Notes under the pieces: model-generated
Database searches by the model: none
What the model was told of the DNA's origin: nothing
What the model saw: only the letters and a program-made list of their open reading frames with translations
Shown: piece by piece, positions 50,680-64,000 of the stretch
Position numbering within the stretch: position 1 is the first letter of the stretch
How the letters are laid out: every line of letters begins with the position of its first letter
Assembly (NCBI GenBank): GCA_003693705.1
Contig: RBZT01000771.1
Coordinates: 1 to 64,000, forward strand
Direction: 5' to 3'
Source: Polymyxa betae A26-41
Lineage: Eukaryota; Protista; Endomyxa: Phytomyxea
DNA length: 64,000 bases
Made by a program: the position numbers and the translations under genes

Positions 50680-53600
50680 ATGCAGAGTCTGCTGGACCGG
50701 GCAGCGAATGATCCAGCCTGTGTCACCGAACTGTTGGCGTCGGTGACGTCGGTGTCGTCGGTGCCTCGAGAACTGCTTCCTAAGGTGCTGGATTTCCTTG
50801 CGACCGAGGCGGCGCCGCTCCAGACTCGGCAGAACGTGTTCGTTGTCGTGACGGCCGAATGCGATCCGAATTTGGTGCCCGCCTGCGATGCTGCCCGAAC
50901 TCTCACCAGTTTGTTGAAGCAGACGACAACAGCTGGTGTGCAATTTTGTGACAATAACGCCCTATTCCGTTGTCTGCTGTCATTGGTTTCCACCCCTTCG
51001 CCTTTGGTACCAGCTTCTTCGGAATTCGACGAACTCGTCATTGCTGTTTGTAGCTACCATCGGGTGGTTTCGCTGCAATTTATTGATGTAGGCGATACTC
51101 TACTTTTACGCTGCCTCTTTCTTGCTTCGTTTGTTTTTGCTTTCTCATCTTTGTTAATAAATTTAGTCATGTTGATAACAGGCATGTTCGAAACTGCAAT
51201 TGATTTCGGCTAAAGTGCTACCTGATGTGTTGGCCATGCTCTGTTCTTGCAGTTTGGATTCGAGTCAGCCGTATAGAATCGTGAGTATCATTCTATCTGG
51301 GGCTCTCCGCCAGCAATGCATCAGCACCATTTTAGAATATTCTGGCGCTGCTTCCCAACCAGAGCGCTGTAGTGGAGCGATTTCATTGTTGGCGGCGGCA
51401 TTATGGGGGCCTAATTGCACTCACGATCTATCAGCAGCGACAGATTCAGCACTAAATCAGATCGCATTGCTAGTTCAACGTGGCATCATCGATAACAGGA
51501 TTGCCACAGAAGTATGTCTTGCATTGGAGCTTTTTGTTAACACTCTTCAAGCAGAATGCGTATCTGAGCTTGATCAACTTGTCGATATAGTTCGAGATTT
51601 AGGTCCAGCTCTGCAAACAGATTCGAAACCTCGGCTGACAAACATTCTTCTTGTCATTCTAAAGTTATCAAACTCACCAACTGTGCTCGATATGGCGCTT
51701 TGCTATGTCGATTCTTTAAAGGATGACAATCCCGTTCTGGATTGCCTATTGACCCATCAGAAAGCCAAAGTTCATCCTTCAGATCCGTCCTGGTTGGAGC
51801 ACTTAACCGATTTGATGAGGTCCTTCTTCGTCAACGTCAATCTCCCGGAGCCTATTCGTCACTCTGCTTTTCTATTCGCTCTCGAACTGGTCTCCCGTTA
51901 TCGATTCTTATTTGCCGACGATATCCTACGGCGCTGCATTTTGCCATTCTGCAGCTCGCTGCCCTCGCTCAGCGAAGCTGTACAAATCTCTGTCTACACC
52001 GAACTGGAGAAGATTGCTAGCTCTACCGCTATGGAGACGTTCTCCGACCTGATCGAAGTCCTTCGATGCTGTACTGATTCTCAATATGACAGCGTTCGGG
52101 ATCTGACTGTTGTAATGTTACGCAACCTGCTCAGTCAGAAGCTGCCCCATCCATCATACGAGCACTCCATTCTCCTATTCAATGTTCTCGTTCAGCTCAT
52201 ATCACACTCGCTGCGAAGACTTCGTCAGCAGGCGATCCAGGCGCTGGCTAAGATTGGCGCCAACCGCGATGGCACTGTCAAATTCGTCGCCGACGACGCT
52301 GTCGTTACCAGCTCATATGTGTTTATCGGGTCCCGGTACTATGATGAACGAACGTCGACCGTTTTGCCTCTTTCTTCATTTGTGGATGCTTTGACTGAAG
52401 TGATTACAACTGATCGCGATCCACATTCTTTCGAATCAGCGATTCAAGCAATTCGAGGTCTTTGTTCAGGTGATTCGGTGGCTTTGCGCTCATTTGCTTT
52501 TATATTCACCGACTGATATTTGCTTAGATGTCATCATGTCGTCAGAAATTGATGTCGGTCAGCTGTGCTCTCTGTTTAGGTCCGATTGCATATTGCACCA
52601 GCATAACTGTTTATTCGTGATTTAGTACCTACCTAAAATGCAACCATCTCGGTGAACAAATGCAAGTTGTTACAAGTGAATGGGCTTCAAGATGTCTCTC
52701 AGCCTACGAGATTTTTGGTATTTTGCTGTCGTATCGCCACCGTTTTGACGAGAACCGGTATAACCTTGTTGTTGATGCTATCGTCACTGGACTTGATGTC
52801 CATGTACATTATTTCTCCGGTGCGAATTGTCATCGGATACGCGTTTTGTATCTCATCGTTTTTTTGTAGAGCTTGCCACAAGTCGTCAAATTGTTGCTGT
52901 CTGTTTACGTGCTCTAATCTTGCTGGCACTGGAGAGGCCCGAATTGATCGCGCTTCACATATCCAAGGTATTCGCTTCACGACGTGATTCGAATGCTAAT
53001 AGCGTGTAGATTTTGTTGTGCTTCAATCGCATACGAGATCAGTCATTTGACCGGAAGTTGATACAGTTCTTGCACAGTTTTCTCAGCGGCATCCGTGAAA
53101 AAAAGCTGTCTCAAGTAAACTGGAAAGCTCTCCATGGTGTGTTTGTTAAGATGATTTATTAGAATGGACAAGAATGGTCGCCTTCGTCTACTGACATGTT
53201 CCTGGTGTTCAAATCAGTACTTCATTCATTGTCTGGACCTAATCTTGACGCTTTTAAAATCCGACTGTCATACCGCTGCTTGCGATTTTGCTTCATGCTT
53301 TGCATTTCCAACGATCGGTTATTGTGCTTTGATCACGTAAGTTCAATGGATCTTGATGAGTATGTACAGATTGGTAACAATCGCTAACCAGGCTAAGAGA
53401 GTATCGAAATCGGATGATGTCGAAATGCTGTGCTTATTGGGTTTCATGCATCGACATCTTCACTCGGACTCCTCCTCTATGCCAGGCCATTCTGAAAATG
53501 TTGATTTCGGCTCTGTTACTGATAGCAAAATTGACCTCAGTCGTTCCTGGATCACTCCCTCATCAATAATTACGATTTCAACATCGAACAAGGAAGGCTG

Positions 53601-54815
53601 CACGTATATAACTTTACGCTGTGCAAGTGCCCCGAATTCATCGTATATTCTACGTTCTGCTGATCCGTTCTATTCTGGTAAAACACTTTCACTGTTTTCT
53701 TGTACCTAATCAACCTTTGCTAGATTCCAGTAAAACTTCCGAAAGTACCGGCACATCGAGTCCTGACGGAATCGTGGACCTACTTAAAATTTTGTCGGGT
53801 TCTGAAAACTGCAGCTGTATCCAACGTAATATAACATCGAGCATTTTTCCCGTTTTCTGATGATTTTCAGCGCTGGACGATGGAGAACAATTGGAGCGGT
53901 CCTTGGCTATTTTGGATCAGATCTCCCATCAGGAAACAATGAAAATCGGGGTAGTTTATGTAGGGCCAGATCAAGTTGACGAACATGACATCCTTAACAA
54001 TGTTATCGGCTCATTGCGTTATCATCAAGTAGGCTCTAACAATATGGAGGCAGCGGTCTCCTTAGTTTGATGGCAACAGATGCTAATGTACTTGGGCGAA
54101 TCTTTGGTTTTAAGAGGAACCAAATCATATACGGGAGGGCTTGACCGGCACAATGACAACGATGGTCGTTTGACTTTAACATGGCTTGATTCATGTACAC
54201 AGATCTGTTTTCATATAGCCACCATGATTCCGAATCGTTCTTCTGCTGCACGAGTATTTTTAAATCTCGGTTTGCGCTTCAAGTTTTTCACAATTGCTCT
54301 GTAGGGAGAACACAAAAAGCGGCATATTGGCAACGATTTTGTCAATATTATCTACAACGACAACATCGACTTCAATTATGATCCGGATACTCTCTCTAGC
54401 CAGCTAAATTTCGTACAGATTATTGTAGAGCACGTTGGTGACGAACAATTTTCAATCAGTTTAAATATAAAGCCACATGTACCCGACTTCTGGTAGGCGA
54501 ACTATTCCGGATTATGCTCAGCCGTGTGAAAGTTCATAATCAGGTTTCTTCATGAATGTCGAACGTTTCACATATCTACTCTCGGGCGTGTATTAAGACA
54601 GCTTATCATCCAAGCACAGATTGCATGCTGGGTTATGCAGGTCTGTGTTTAGTTTGACTAAATGTCGCTGAACAGAATATAACTTTTCTATTTAGCCTCA
54701 AAAGCTGCAAGAGACAGCTTGGCAGGTTCGATATCAGCAAATCCAACGTATTGCTGGCCGTCATGCTCTACGACCCGTATCGTCATCCATAGATCCTGCA
54801 ATTGTTCCAACATGA
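50680..54815 (+). CDS. TSC2: Tuberin/TSC2-like protein with C-terminal Rap/Ran-GAP domain, multi-exon
   Basis: 'LERSLAILDQI...KIGVVYVGPDQ..EHDILNNVIGS', 'YTGGLD', 'ICFHIATMIP', 'KKRHIGNDFVNIIY'; helical-repeat N-terminus. Confidence 0.75.
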
Positions 54816-54958
54816 CATAATTCCATTATTTATAATAATACATTCAGTAATATATTGCATTGTTCAAATAGTCACGTAATGAAACTAATGGAACTCTTGG
54901 AAAGTATCATACTGTTATATGAGGTTATGATATAGTCTCCGGGGCTTTATAGAGATTG

Positions 54959-57505
54959 ATGTTGTTGCCTGAGAGAATAGGTCAACTTGAGCGATGCATT
55001 GCGGCTGTAGATCGAGCCCATTCTCTTCATAGCCGCCTACTGACTGTCAGCGAATCATATCACGACCTCTATCCAATATGTATGCAGATAGCAGGGTCTG
55101 GCCAGCTCGCGCGCTAATGAATGTCATAGATAAGCAGATCCAACCGTATGTCCTCAATAAAGATTGGAATGTATCGCCGACTGAAATCGCCGACTTCATT
55201 CACGATGGCCTCGACAAAGTTCGAAACGCCTCGGGCAACTTAGAAATGCTCTCTTCGCTTCAAGGTCAGTCGAACAGAATCTGGTAGATTATTATCGAAA
55301 TGCGTCATGTAGAATTTGCATCAGAAGACCTGAAAAGATTGCAATCGAAACAGCTAACCGATCGTCTGGTGGCATTAGAGAAGGCTGTTCGCCTGCGAAA
55401 GAAACGAATCGCTGATCTCGTAGAACGGGTGGAAAACGTCGCACAAACATACTACGATGGGGTCTGGTTTCGCCTTTTTAGCTTTTGAATTGTCGCTCTA
55501 ATATTCATTTAGATCCATCAGATATCTCGTAAACTCGTTGATCTTAGTGAAAGCACTCGATCGTTAGAACTAAATACAAAGCCCTTGAGCAGGTCTTCCT
55601 ACTTATTCGACTCATGTCGCTGACAAACAATTTTGAAATCATCGCGTTTGCTTCCGAGCGCCTCATATCTATCGTGGCGAGCGCGTGCCAACGATCTTTC
55701 ATTCGATCAGCGAGGTCGCCCTTGATCGACCGGGGCGCCACGCCGATGGAAGGGTCGCTGGAAAAGCTGACCAATAATAAGCTCGGCCTGAACTACTATC
55801 AAAAACGCCATTTCCGCCTGGAATGGTCGAAACTCAAATATTACGCCAGGCCGGAAGACGACCAGGAGAAGGGTTCTATCAACCTGGCTGAGATGCATGG
55901 CGCCTATCTATCCGATGAGGACTCCCAGCGGAAGACCATCGTCTTGCTATTCGGGAATCGCAGCATCTTCTTGCTGGCTCCGGATCCGGAAGAAGCTGCC
56001 GCTTGGGTCTATAATCTTCGTAGCTATACGAAACGGGTGTCGCCCAGCGATCCGATTCCCATGCCACGACATATCGCCAGATCTCTTCTCGTCCTCATTA
56101 ACTCCTGCAAAAACCAAGGCGGGACTAAACAAGAGGGGTAGAAAGCATTGTCGAGGCGTTCGGCGATCGCGTCTCTGAAATGGCTGCGTAGGCTGTTTCG
56201 CGTTCCCGGAAGGGCGTCGGAAATCAAATCGATTTGTCGGTCGGTGTATCTGAATCGGACCACGATTCTAACACAGGAAGAGGCTCGAGATGTGGAATCC
56301 ACAGCTGGTGCTATCAAGCGGCTGCTGTGGTGTCTTCCGGAACCGCTCTTCACGAAGACTCGCGTTGAGCCTATGATTAAGTCACAAAATCCAGAGAAGA
56401 TACGCGAGCTGATTCTGGTTTGAACAAGTTTTTGTGTTTCACGACGATTTCGTTGTTTGGGGATGCCTCGTTTCTTGGAATTAGACTTGATTGCGTTTGT
56501 TTTTTATAAAAGCGTTTCTTTAGTGATTGCAAGTTAATATTCGCTTCTTTACAGGAGATGCCGTTAGACAATCGTGTAGTGTCGAACAACCTATTCGGTC
56601 TGCTGAAGGAAGTCTGTGATAACACAGCCTCGACAAAGATGACGCCACTATCGCTGGGCATGTGCTTCTCGCCCTGCCTATCCGGAGCCGAGACCGGTGC
56701 CATCTTCGAGATGAAGGCGCTGTTCACGCTCATCATCAACGACTACGCCGATATCTTCAGAGATATCCCTCTTACTTTAGAATCCGACGAATCGCTCACA
56801 ACCAACATTGTCGATTGCCTATCGAAAACGTCGTCGGCGCGCGCCATCACCGCCGTACTGGCCGAAAACGGCGGAGACATTCAGGCCACGTTGAAACGCA
56901 AATCGCAGTTCGTCTGGGATTCGATTCGGCCGCGGGTCTCGACGGCCGCCACGTCCAAGCCGCAATCGATGAAGCCGAGGCCGTCCATACCGAATTTCGT
57001 CGAAACGAAACCGGAGCCGTTCAAAGGTGCTCCGGGGGCAACAACGAGCATGGCTTTGGCGTCCGCAGCGTTCCCATCGTTATCGAACGTTCATGACGAC
57101 AACGACGATGGGAAAGTGTCACCGAAAATCCAGCAGCAGCTCGATCATCTACGAAATCGGGTTCACGAGCTCGAAGAGCGCTGCGCATATTGGCGGAATA
57201 AAGCGGAGGCGGCGGAAGCGGCCTTGGCGGCTGTGAAGACGTCGCCGATGCAGGCGTTGCCGAGGAAGTCGGTGAAATCAGCCACGGCCAACAACCTCGT
57301 GATCAGGACGTCGATTCCGGCAAGGCAGGCGCCACAATCGGATGATGAGATCTCCAGCGAGGACGGCCTCACGACCGACGATGACGCCTATCGAACAGCA
57401 ATGCCGGAAATCAGCAACGAATCGAAGACTGACGAGGAGATCAGCGATCTGAGCGATGAAGACAGCTCGATCGTGGCGCCGCCGATTTCTGTGGCGCCAT
57501 CATGA
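54959..57505 (+). CDS. PH plus RhoGAP domain protein, multi-exon (start approximate)
   Basis: PH 'MEGSLEKL...QKRHFRL...KGSINL...LLAPDPEEAAAWVYNL'; RhoGAP 'EGLFRVPG', 'IKRLLWCLPEPLF', 'KMTPLSLGMCFSPCL'. Confidence 0.85.
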
Positions 57506-57557
57506 TATACAACAAATAACTAACACGAACGAGCCATGAAATAAACTCGTCGAGCGT

Positions 57558-58004
57558 TTATGCAGCAGCTTGAGGCGTTTCCGTTTCGGTTGGTGGCTCT
57601 GGTTGGGCGGACTCCCAGGGCTTCCAATCGGCCATAGTTGGAATCAGGTTAAGCTCAGCCTCGGCCTGCTCGATGAGTTCCTCAACCTGGCCATCATTGA
57701 TTAAGGCCTCGATCTTGTTGCAATCGTCGTTCTCCTGGACGACCTTCAGGCGGAAGTTCGAGATCTGCTCGACGCCTTGCCGATATTGGGCGCTCTCAGG
57801 GATAACCTAAACCTATCGGATTCATTCCAATGATATTGAAGCGGCAGGGTTTAAGCCGCCGACCTTGATCTCTTCCAGGGTTTTGGCGTACAGACCGAGC
57901 AGCACCTCACGAGCATTGGCGACAACGGGGACGCCTTTCAACCCAGTGGTTGATTTGATATTGGCGGAGAATGGCCGAATCACGGCCCGACTAAGACGAA
58001 GCAT
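57558..58004 (-). CDS. NDUFA5: NADH:ubiquinone oxidoreductase subunit A5 (B13), 2 exons
   Basis: 'KSTTGLKGVPVVANAREVLLGLYAKTL', 'IPESAQYRQGVE', 'GQVEELIEQAEAEL...WKPWE'. Confidence 0.93.
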
Positions 58005-58260
58005 CCACTAATAGACGAGCGAAAGACCTCGGAAAGATAATGAGCTTAAACGATAAAGCGTCACTGTTCAAGTTAAATCAAATAACACATCTGAAATTTG
58101 AAAATTGCGCCACTGAGAACTCTTTCACGCACTTTATTTAGTCACATGGTGCAAGGAAACTACGCACATTTTTAGTAAGTGTAGCAAGATGTTGGAGGAA
58201 TTTGCTGTTTGAGAAAGGTTCATGATATAAACAAACAACTCTAAAAAAATATATTTATGA

Positions 58261-61200
58261 TTATGTAGCGATGGCGGACTCATCGAGGTTGTTGTTGTTG
58301 TTGTTGCTGGTATCGACATTGGAGCTGTCGTTGGATTGGAACAGAGCGGCGGCCAGCTCCATCTTCTGGGCCTGGTTCAGATCCGGTCGTTGCAGAATCT
58401 GCACAAGACGCGCCTTCATGTGCGGCTGCTTTTGAACCAGTTGTCTGAGCAAGAACATATTGCCCTGGTCGATCTCACCGTTAACCTGGTCGAGATCGTG
58501 GCTGCTATTAGAGACCGCTATAGCAGGCGGGATGCTTTCAGGAGGTGCCATCATAACAGGCGACATCGCTAATGGAACTGAGGCAGCTCGCATCAATGGT
58601 GTTGTTACTGTTGGAGGCATCTTCGTCCCGCGAACTGATGGCGATGTGATTTGTTGTGGTGGCGCCATCGCCGACATCTTCTTGGATTCGTGCGTTCGAT
58701 CACGAAGAGCACGAAGCTCGACAATTTGCCTAGGACTTAGAGTCGATCCAATATTCGCATGCGGAATCATCAGCCCTGAACACATTTTAAGTTTCAGCAA
58801 TGTCAAACGAAAAAAAGCTGCCACGTTTGTGTCCGGCGGTGAGGGCAGCTGCATGAGAAGCATGTGATCGCATCAGTGCCTCCTTGAAAGCTTCTGCCGG
58901 GATGCCACTAAGCGGCGTTCTTAAAGCTAATTTACATTGGATATGGTTTTGCATGATGACTGAGGCTGATTTAGAATTCTGTTAGTTTGGCCACTGAACG
59001 ACACTTACTTCGAACGGCGCCGGAGATGACTTCGAATGACTTCTCAGCAGTGGCTTTGTTTCGGATCTGGCTACGATATCTGAGCCATTCCAAAGCCGAT
59101 CGGTAAGCCATCTGCGGGTCGGCATTCGGCAGCGGAGGGACTGAAACAAGACGTTGGACGAATTCAAGCGACCAGAAAAACCCACGAACCTGGAGTGCCA
59201 GGATTGCTGATGGCTTGAAGTTTCTCCCAAAGACGCGGCCCGATTTCCTTGGCCTTTCGAACAAGGAGCGAGAAGCGGTCCGAACACATTTTCGGCGTCC
59301 TGAGCCGTCCACGAACAACCAGATCGGATTCTGCAATCGCAGTTAGCAACTAGAATGGAAACTTGAGCGAGGCAACCGACCCAGAAAGTTGGACGCTATC
59401 TGGAAATTGGGCCCGAATAGAATCGCCGAACAGACAATGAGCGCATCCTGGCAGATGATCAATACGAAGGCGAAATAGTGATCGAAAGGAGGGAAACCTC
59501 TTCGTCGCTGAACGGAACTGGATGCGACATGGCGATCGGTTTCGGAAGAGCGCTTGGCGCCATTGATACAACAGGTTCATCAGCACGAGGCCGCTTGATT
59601 GCAGGACCTTCGGTGGGAACTTCGTCGCTCTTGCGTTTGGTTGGGACAAGCTGCTTTTTCGCGATTCGAATGCGCATCGTTCCGCTGACGTCGTCCACGA
59701 TGATGGTGGCAAGACGAGGCCCACGACGCCGTAGTTTCTTCTTCTTCTTTCGTGGCAGCCCTGTTCGAGTACGGAACATCTGCGCCTGAGATTCGGCGGA
59801 GGCGAACAAACCCCATCTATAGGGATCATTCGGATCGTCTTCTGATTGCAAAGGCGTCGCAAACATCTCCGACTACAGACGTCAGCGATAGATACAGAGC
59901 CCATTGATAAACGTACTGCTGAGAGAGGCGCAGGTGGGCACTTCACAATCGGGTCATACACGAGCTTGTGACGAAGGGCGAAATTGCGAAGCTGTGCCTC
60001 CATGGGCATCAGCTTTGATCTCCTGTAGAAAAGAGCCGGTTGTGACGAGGTCGAAATGAGACTTCCGGCGGCGATTACGACTCCATGCGGCAAGACGTCG
60101 TTTTGCTGATTGATGATAAGGAATTCATAGAGGCGAACATCGCTGAATCTTACATCAGCAGGCGGCTTGTATTTGCTTCGAATTGTAGACAGAGCCAACT
60201 TTGTATCATGCGGAAGTGGATTCGGAAACGACGCCTGTGTCCTGGGAGCCGTCTCCCCAATCGCATTCGAAAGCGACAGTATCCTAACCGGATCCACGAT
60301 GATGGATGGCGCATCCGGCAAAATCTCCGATGGATTCCTCTTCAATGCCCAGAGCTGAACCCATATTAGAGCCATACAGAGAAGGAGAATATCAACGGTG
60401 TACTTCGAATGGTCTTAAGAGATAGGACAAACCCGTCCCGATCTGAGGGATGGACTGGGTTAAAGCATCCGAATCACCCTCGATCTGGGATCTGAATCTT
60501 CTCCATATCTATACGACTTGTTATCGAATGACAGATAGACGCGCCCAAAAACCATACACTTAAAGCGACCGTGTCGATGGGGGTTTCCGCACGAGTGATG
60601 ATGGCTTCGGCTTCGTTCTGATTCTAGAATTGACAATGAATAGATAACTTTGAGAGATGGAATGGCGTACAGATTCGATTGCAGAAGCCTCCGAGAAAGG
60701 ACCGAACAGGAGCTGGTCGAAGTCCATCTGAGAGAAGGCCACCTGGGTCGACGTTAGCAAAGAACACTCAAACCAAAGCCAAGCTCGACTACATTGGCAA
60801 ATCGGTAGGCGTATTCGTCAAAGGTATCTTTGACGATGAAGCGAGATAGCTGAAAATCGCCAAGACGGGCAGATCGCGAAAGACATTGCTCCATCTAAGA
60901 CGCAATTAGGGCCATATTAGTGGACAGAGCTAATGCACACCAGTTGTCGTGAGGTCGGGTTCCAGTCGTGTTCGAACACAATTACGGATGAGAACAGCGA
61001 CAAGCTCGGATACGAAAACACCGACATCGTTCTAGAGGATGTTAAGTAGATGAAAGGCGCCTGTTCCGACACATAGTCCAATGCGAATCGCCCGATGGAT
61101 GGATTGGTTGGAATCGGAAGTTCGCGAATCTACAGTGAATTTAGCGAAAGGAAGAGAGCAATAGGTCGACATACATAGCGGAAACGATGACGTCCCAGAA

Positions 61201-64000
61201 AGCGTTGGATGACATCCAGAGTCTGACAGCTACAAGCTATAATGACAATACGAGCCGAGGGCCTATATTGCTCTCGTAACATGTCGTATAAAGCCCGAAG
61301 TTTGCCCGAGTCGCCAACCAGAAAACGAGGCTCGCCAATATCCAGATATCCGTCCTAAGGAACAATCAGAAAAGCAAAAAGTGAAATCCAAAAAATGAAA
61401 TGCAAATCTCATAATGACGAAACTGAAGAAAAAGGAAATGTACTTTGTGATCGGAGTGCAAATCAAGCGAAGAGATTCGAGCAATAGCAGCTGGAACAAA
61501 AACATTTCTGGAAAGCTGAATCGATGGTGAATCGCGATAGGTGTCAACCACAGTTGAGTCGAGATCGGCAATGAGCCCTGGCAAAGCGACAGAGAGCCAC
61601 CTCGGGAACGTCACCGATTGATGATGCGGATCGAGCGCGGATTCCAGACAACATCGAAGTGCATTGGCGGACCTCGAAAACTTCGCACCATCCAGTCTTC
61701 TGGGCAGAAGGCGCTCAATAAAACATTGCATGAGCTGCCTAGAAACAGCACGGAGCGGGTCCCTTTGAACGAATAGACGTTGCGCATAAGCCGGACCAAT
61801 CTCGAAAAGAATGCTATGCCTGGAATACACGGGTCTGAACAAATCAGGATGCGTACAGATCTGATGCATTCATCAGAAACCAAAATCAATGTGGTTCAAT
61901 TAAAGTACAGAATGCAATCGGGTAACAGCGCGAACGAGATCTGGCAGAGTGGTGAGAGATTCAACAGGAGCGACTTCGTCATAGAGAAGCGATTGCCTTT
62001 CAGACAAGCTGAGCGGAATGACATATTCATTCAGGCAGGGCAGCTGTCCTTGAACTAAAAAGATTCAGCAAGATTTAACAAACGGGAAACTGGTTACCAT
62101 CGGTGAGAGTCCTGCGTAAACAAAACGCATTCAGAAAGTCGTGACCGAGAATGCCTTCACAGCGCAATGGTTTCTGATTGCCCAATGATTCCTAAAACAA
62201 TATTGAGTGATGTTTGAGGTTGAAGCTTGAGGGCGAACATATAGTTGGGAGAGATCGCGGAACGTCCTGGGAGCAATGAAGTTCAGCAACGACAACTGAC
62301 TCCTTTGCAGATCGGTCTGCAGTGACGCCAAATGACGGAACAGCAGAATCCGAACGCATGCATTGAGCTTGGTTAAGCTCGACCAGCGAGCGGATGTGAA
62401 ATCAATCGCGGAATCTTCGGGAGAATCAATGGCGATGCATTTCCACGACTGCGACATGAGATGGACATCATCAAGTGGCATCTCGAACGATGTTATAACA
62501 ACAGAGTTCGGAGGCAGCTCCGACGGCCATGACTCCCTGGAGCTGTTTTAAGCATTGCTAGCAAAACACAAACAATGAAACGGCACCTATTTGTATAAAC
62601 GAAAGCGTTCGAGTTCGGATATCGGCATTTGAGTTCAGAGTCCCATCGTAGCAGATTCAAAGGCGTTGTGATGACCAAATGGGGTGCGGATTCTAACGAC
62701 ATCCACGCCATCACCGATATGCGCTTACCCAGACCTAGAATCTGTCAGAACATGAAACGATGCGTTCCATGGAACGTCAACCTTGATCATCAGCAATGAT
62801 GAAACTCGCAGGAGAGATCAGAGTGCTAACGGCCTCCAGCCAGGCAACGCATTGCCTTTGGTGTTGGTGCAAAGACGTGTTGCTTAGAGGGTCGCCGAAA
62901 TCTGCAATCGGTTCGCCGAACCTTAAGCGAACCATGGCGTCGCGTTGAGCCACGAGCTGATTCAAATAGGGTTCCCGCCATTCTAACAAGCACCGCCATC
63001 AGTCGATATCAGAAGACTCAGCCTGATAATAACCTTCATCCAGACCGCTAACAGATTTCTGCGACAGCATGCTGCAGGAACGGAAATATTCCTGACAAAG
63101 GTCAAAACACGAACAAATCTTGATAGGCAGCGATTCTCACATTGATCGGGTTGGTATCGATGGCGAGGTCGTTGTAAATGCCCCTCGCATATTGATCAGA
63201 TCGTTGTACGACCAGATCGAGCGGCGCCCGATTGCGCTGCATACTCTGCAGTCGGCGGATGGTGGACCAGAACTCGGAGATCATCTGGGACGCTCTTCTG
63301 GCTTGCGTCCACCTCTGAATCTCCACGACTCGTTCGTTCATGCGGACCGCCTTCTCCTTGCGCTCCAGTAACGATTTCGTCTGTTTGGCGACCGACAGCG
63401 CCAACGTCCGTTTCCACGTATCTTCGTGCATGAAATCGGCCGCCATCCAGCGCATCTCCTCAAGAACGCAATCCCAATTCGTTCGAAGACGAGGCGGTTC
63501 TTTCTGCGGCGGGAGGCGTTTGCCAGCGCGTTGCTGGAACTGAACGATCTTCTCCTGAATGGCAGCGCGTTCCTTCACCAATTCGTTCAGATCAGCACGC
63601 TGGGTTCCCTTCAAGTAAAGCTGCTGCAATCTTGAATAAACAAAATCGGGTTTCTTGGCCGCAGAAGGCGCCTTGGACGTGTCTGCGTTCTTGGCAATCG
63701 CACCGTTTGGGCCCTCAGCATTATTCGCATCAGTTTCATCTGGTGTAATACCAGCCGCTGTTCCCTCTTCTGTCGACTGGGCAGCAGCTTCGCCCATCTC
63801 GGCAAGAAGCAGAGTCAACTCCTGGTTTAATAGCCCGCGCCTTCACAAACGTATTAAATCTACCGGAAAAACAAAAACGAAATTGAAAAACCTGGTACGA
63901 AGCTTAGCGAGGGCATTTCGAAGTTGAGCGGCAATAGCAATCCGACTGCGATCGCTTCCAAAGTCGATCCCAACCAAACGACTTGTCACATCGACGGCAA
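58261..64000 (-). CDS. p400/SWR1/EAF1-like chromatin protein: HSA + degenerate SNF2 ATPase + SANT-like domain; 5' end outside window
   Basis: HSA 'PPQKEPPRLRTNWDCVLEEMRWMAADFMHEDTWK'; SNF2 remnants 'IIADDQGLGKR', 'PHLVITTP', 'ICTHPDLF', 'VIVFEHDWNP'; SANT-like 'PFSDEEVSLL...RTPKMCSDRF'. Confidence 0.75.

Noticed and set aside
59350-60375. 341-aa ORF as an independent gene
   Set aside because: Composite of exons and read-through introns of the p400-like gene; the coding frame switches near 59870
1-64000. Apparent frameshifts or pseudogenes, or a non-standard genetic code, suggested by the fragmented ORFs
   Set aside because: The breaks I checked are bridged by short canonical GT-AG introns that restore conserved motifs under the standard code

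Overview
Gene-dense eukaryotic genomic DNA with many very short (~40-90 nt) GT-AG introns, so the ORF track fragments most genes; I assembled gene models by eye. About 28 protein-coding genes are supported. Ciliary: KAP3, enkurin, CFAP210/CCDC173-like, IFT88. Trafficking: AP-4 beta, Sec1/Munc18. Chromatin: ARP4, RING1-like, and an HSA-SNF2-SANT p400/SWR1-like protein whose ATPase motifs are degenerate. Signalling: ADCY10-like soluble adenylyl cyclase with a PH-like tail, TSC2-like Rap-GAP, PH-RhoGAP, and two intronless 7TM-RGS proteins. Housekeeping: translin, ALG3, PCMT, NDUFA5, MFS and APC transporters. The 43-49 kb stretch is poor in conserved genes and looks accessory: it holds a frameshifted relic of a third 7TM-RGS gene, small duplications, a ~357-bp TIR-bounded MITE-like element and an intronless orphan secreted protein. 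Overall style (compact, tiny introns, flagellar genes, 7TM-RGS paralogues) suggests a zoosporic protist such as a plasmodiophorid (Phytomyxea); this is inference only. No rRNA, tRNA or CRISPR array was seen.
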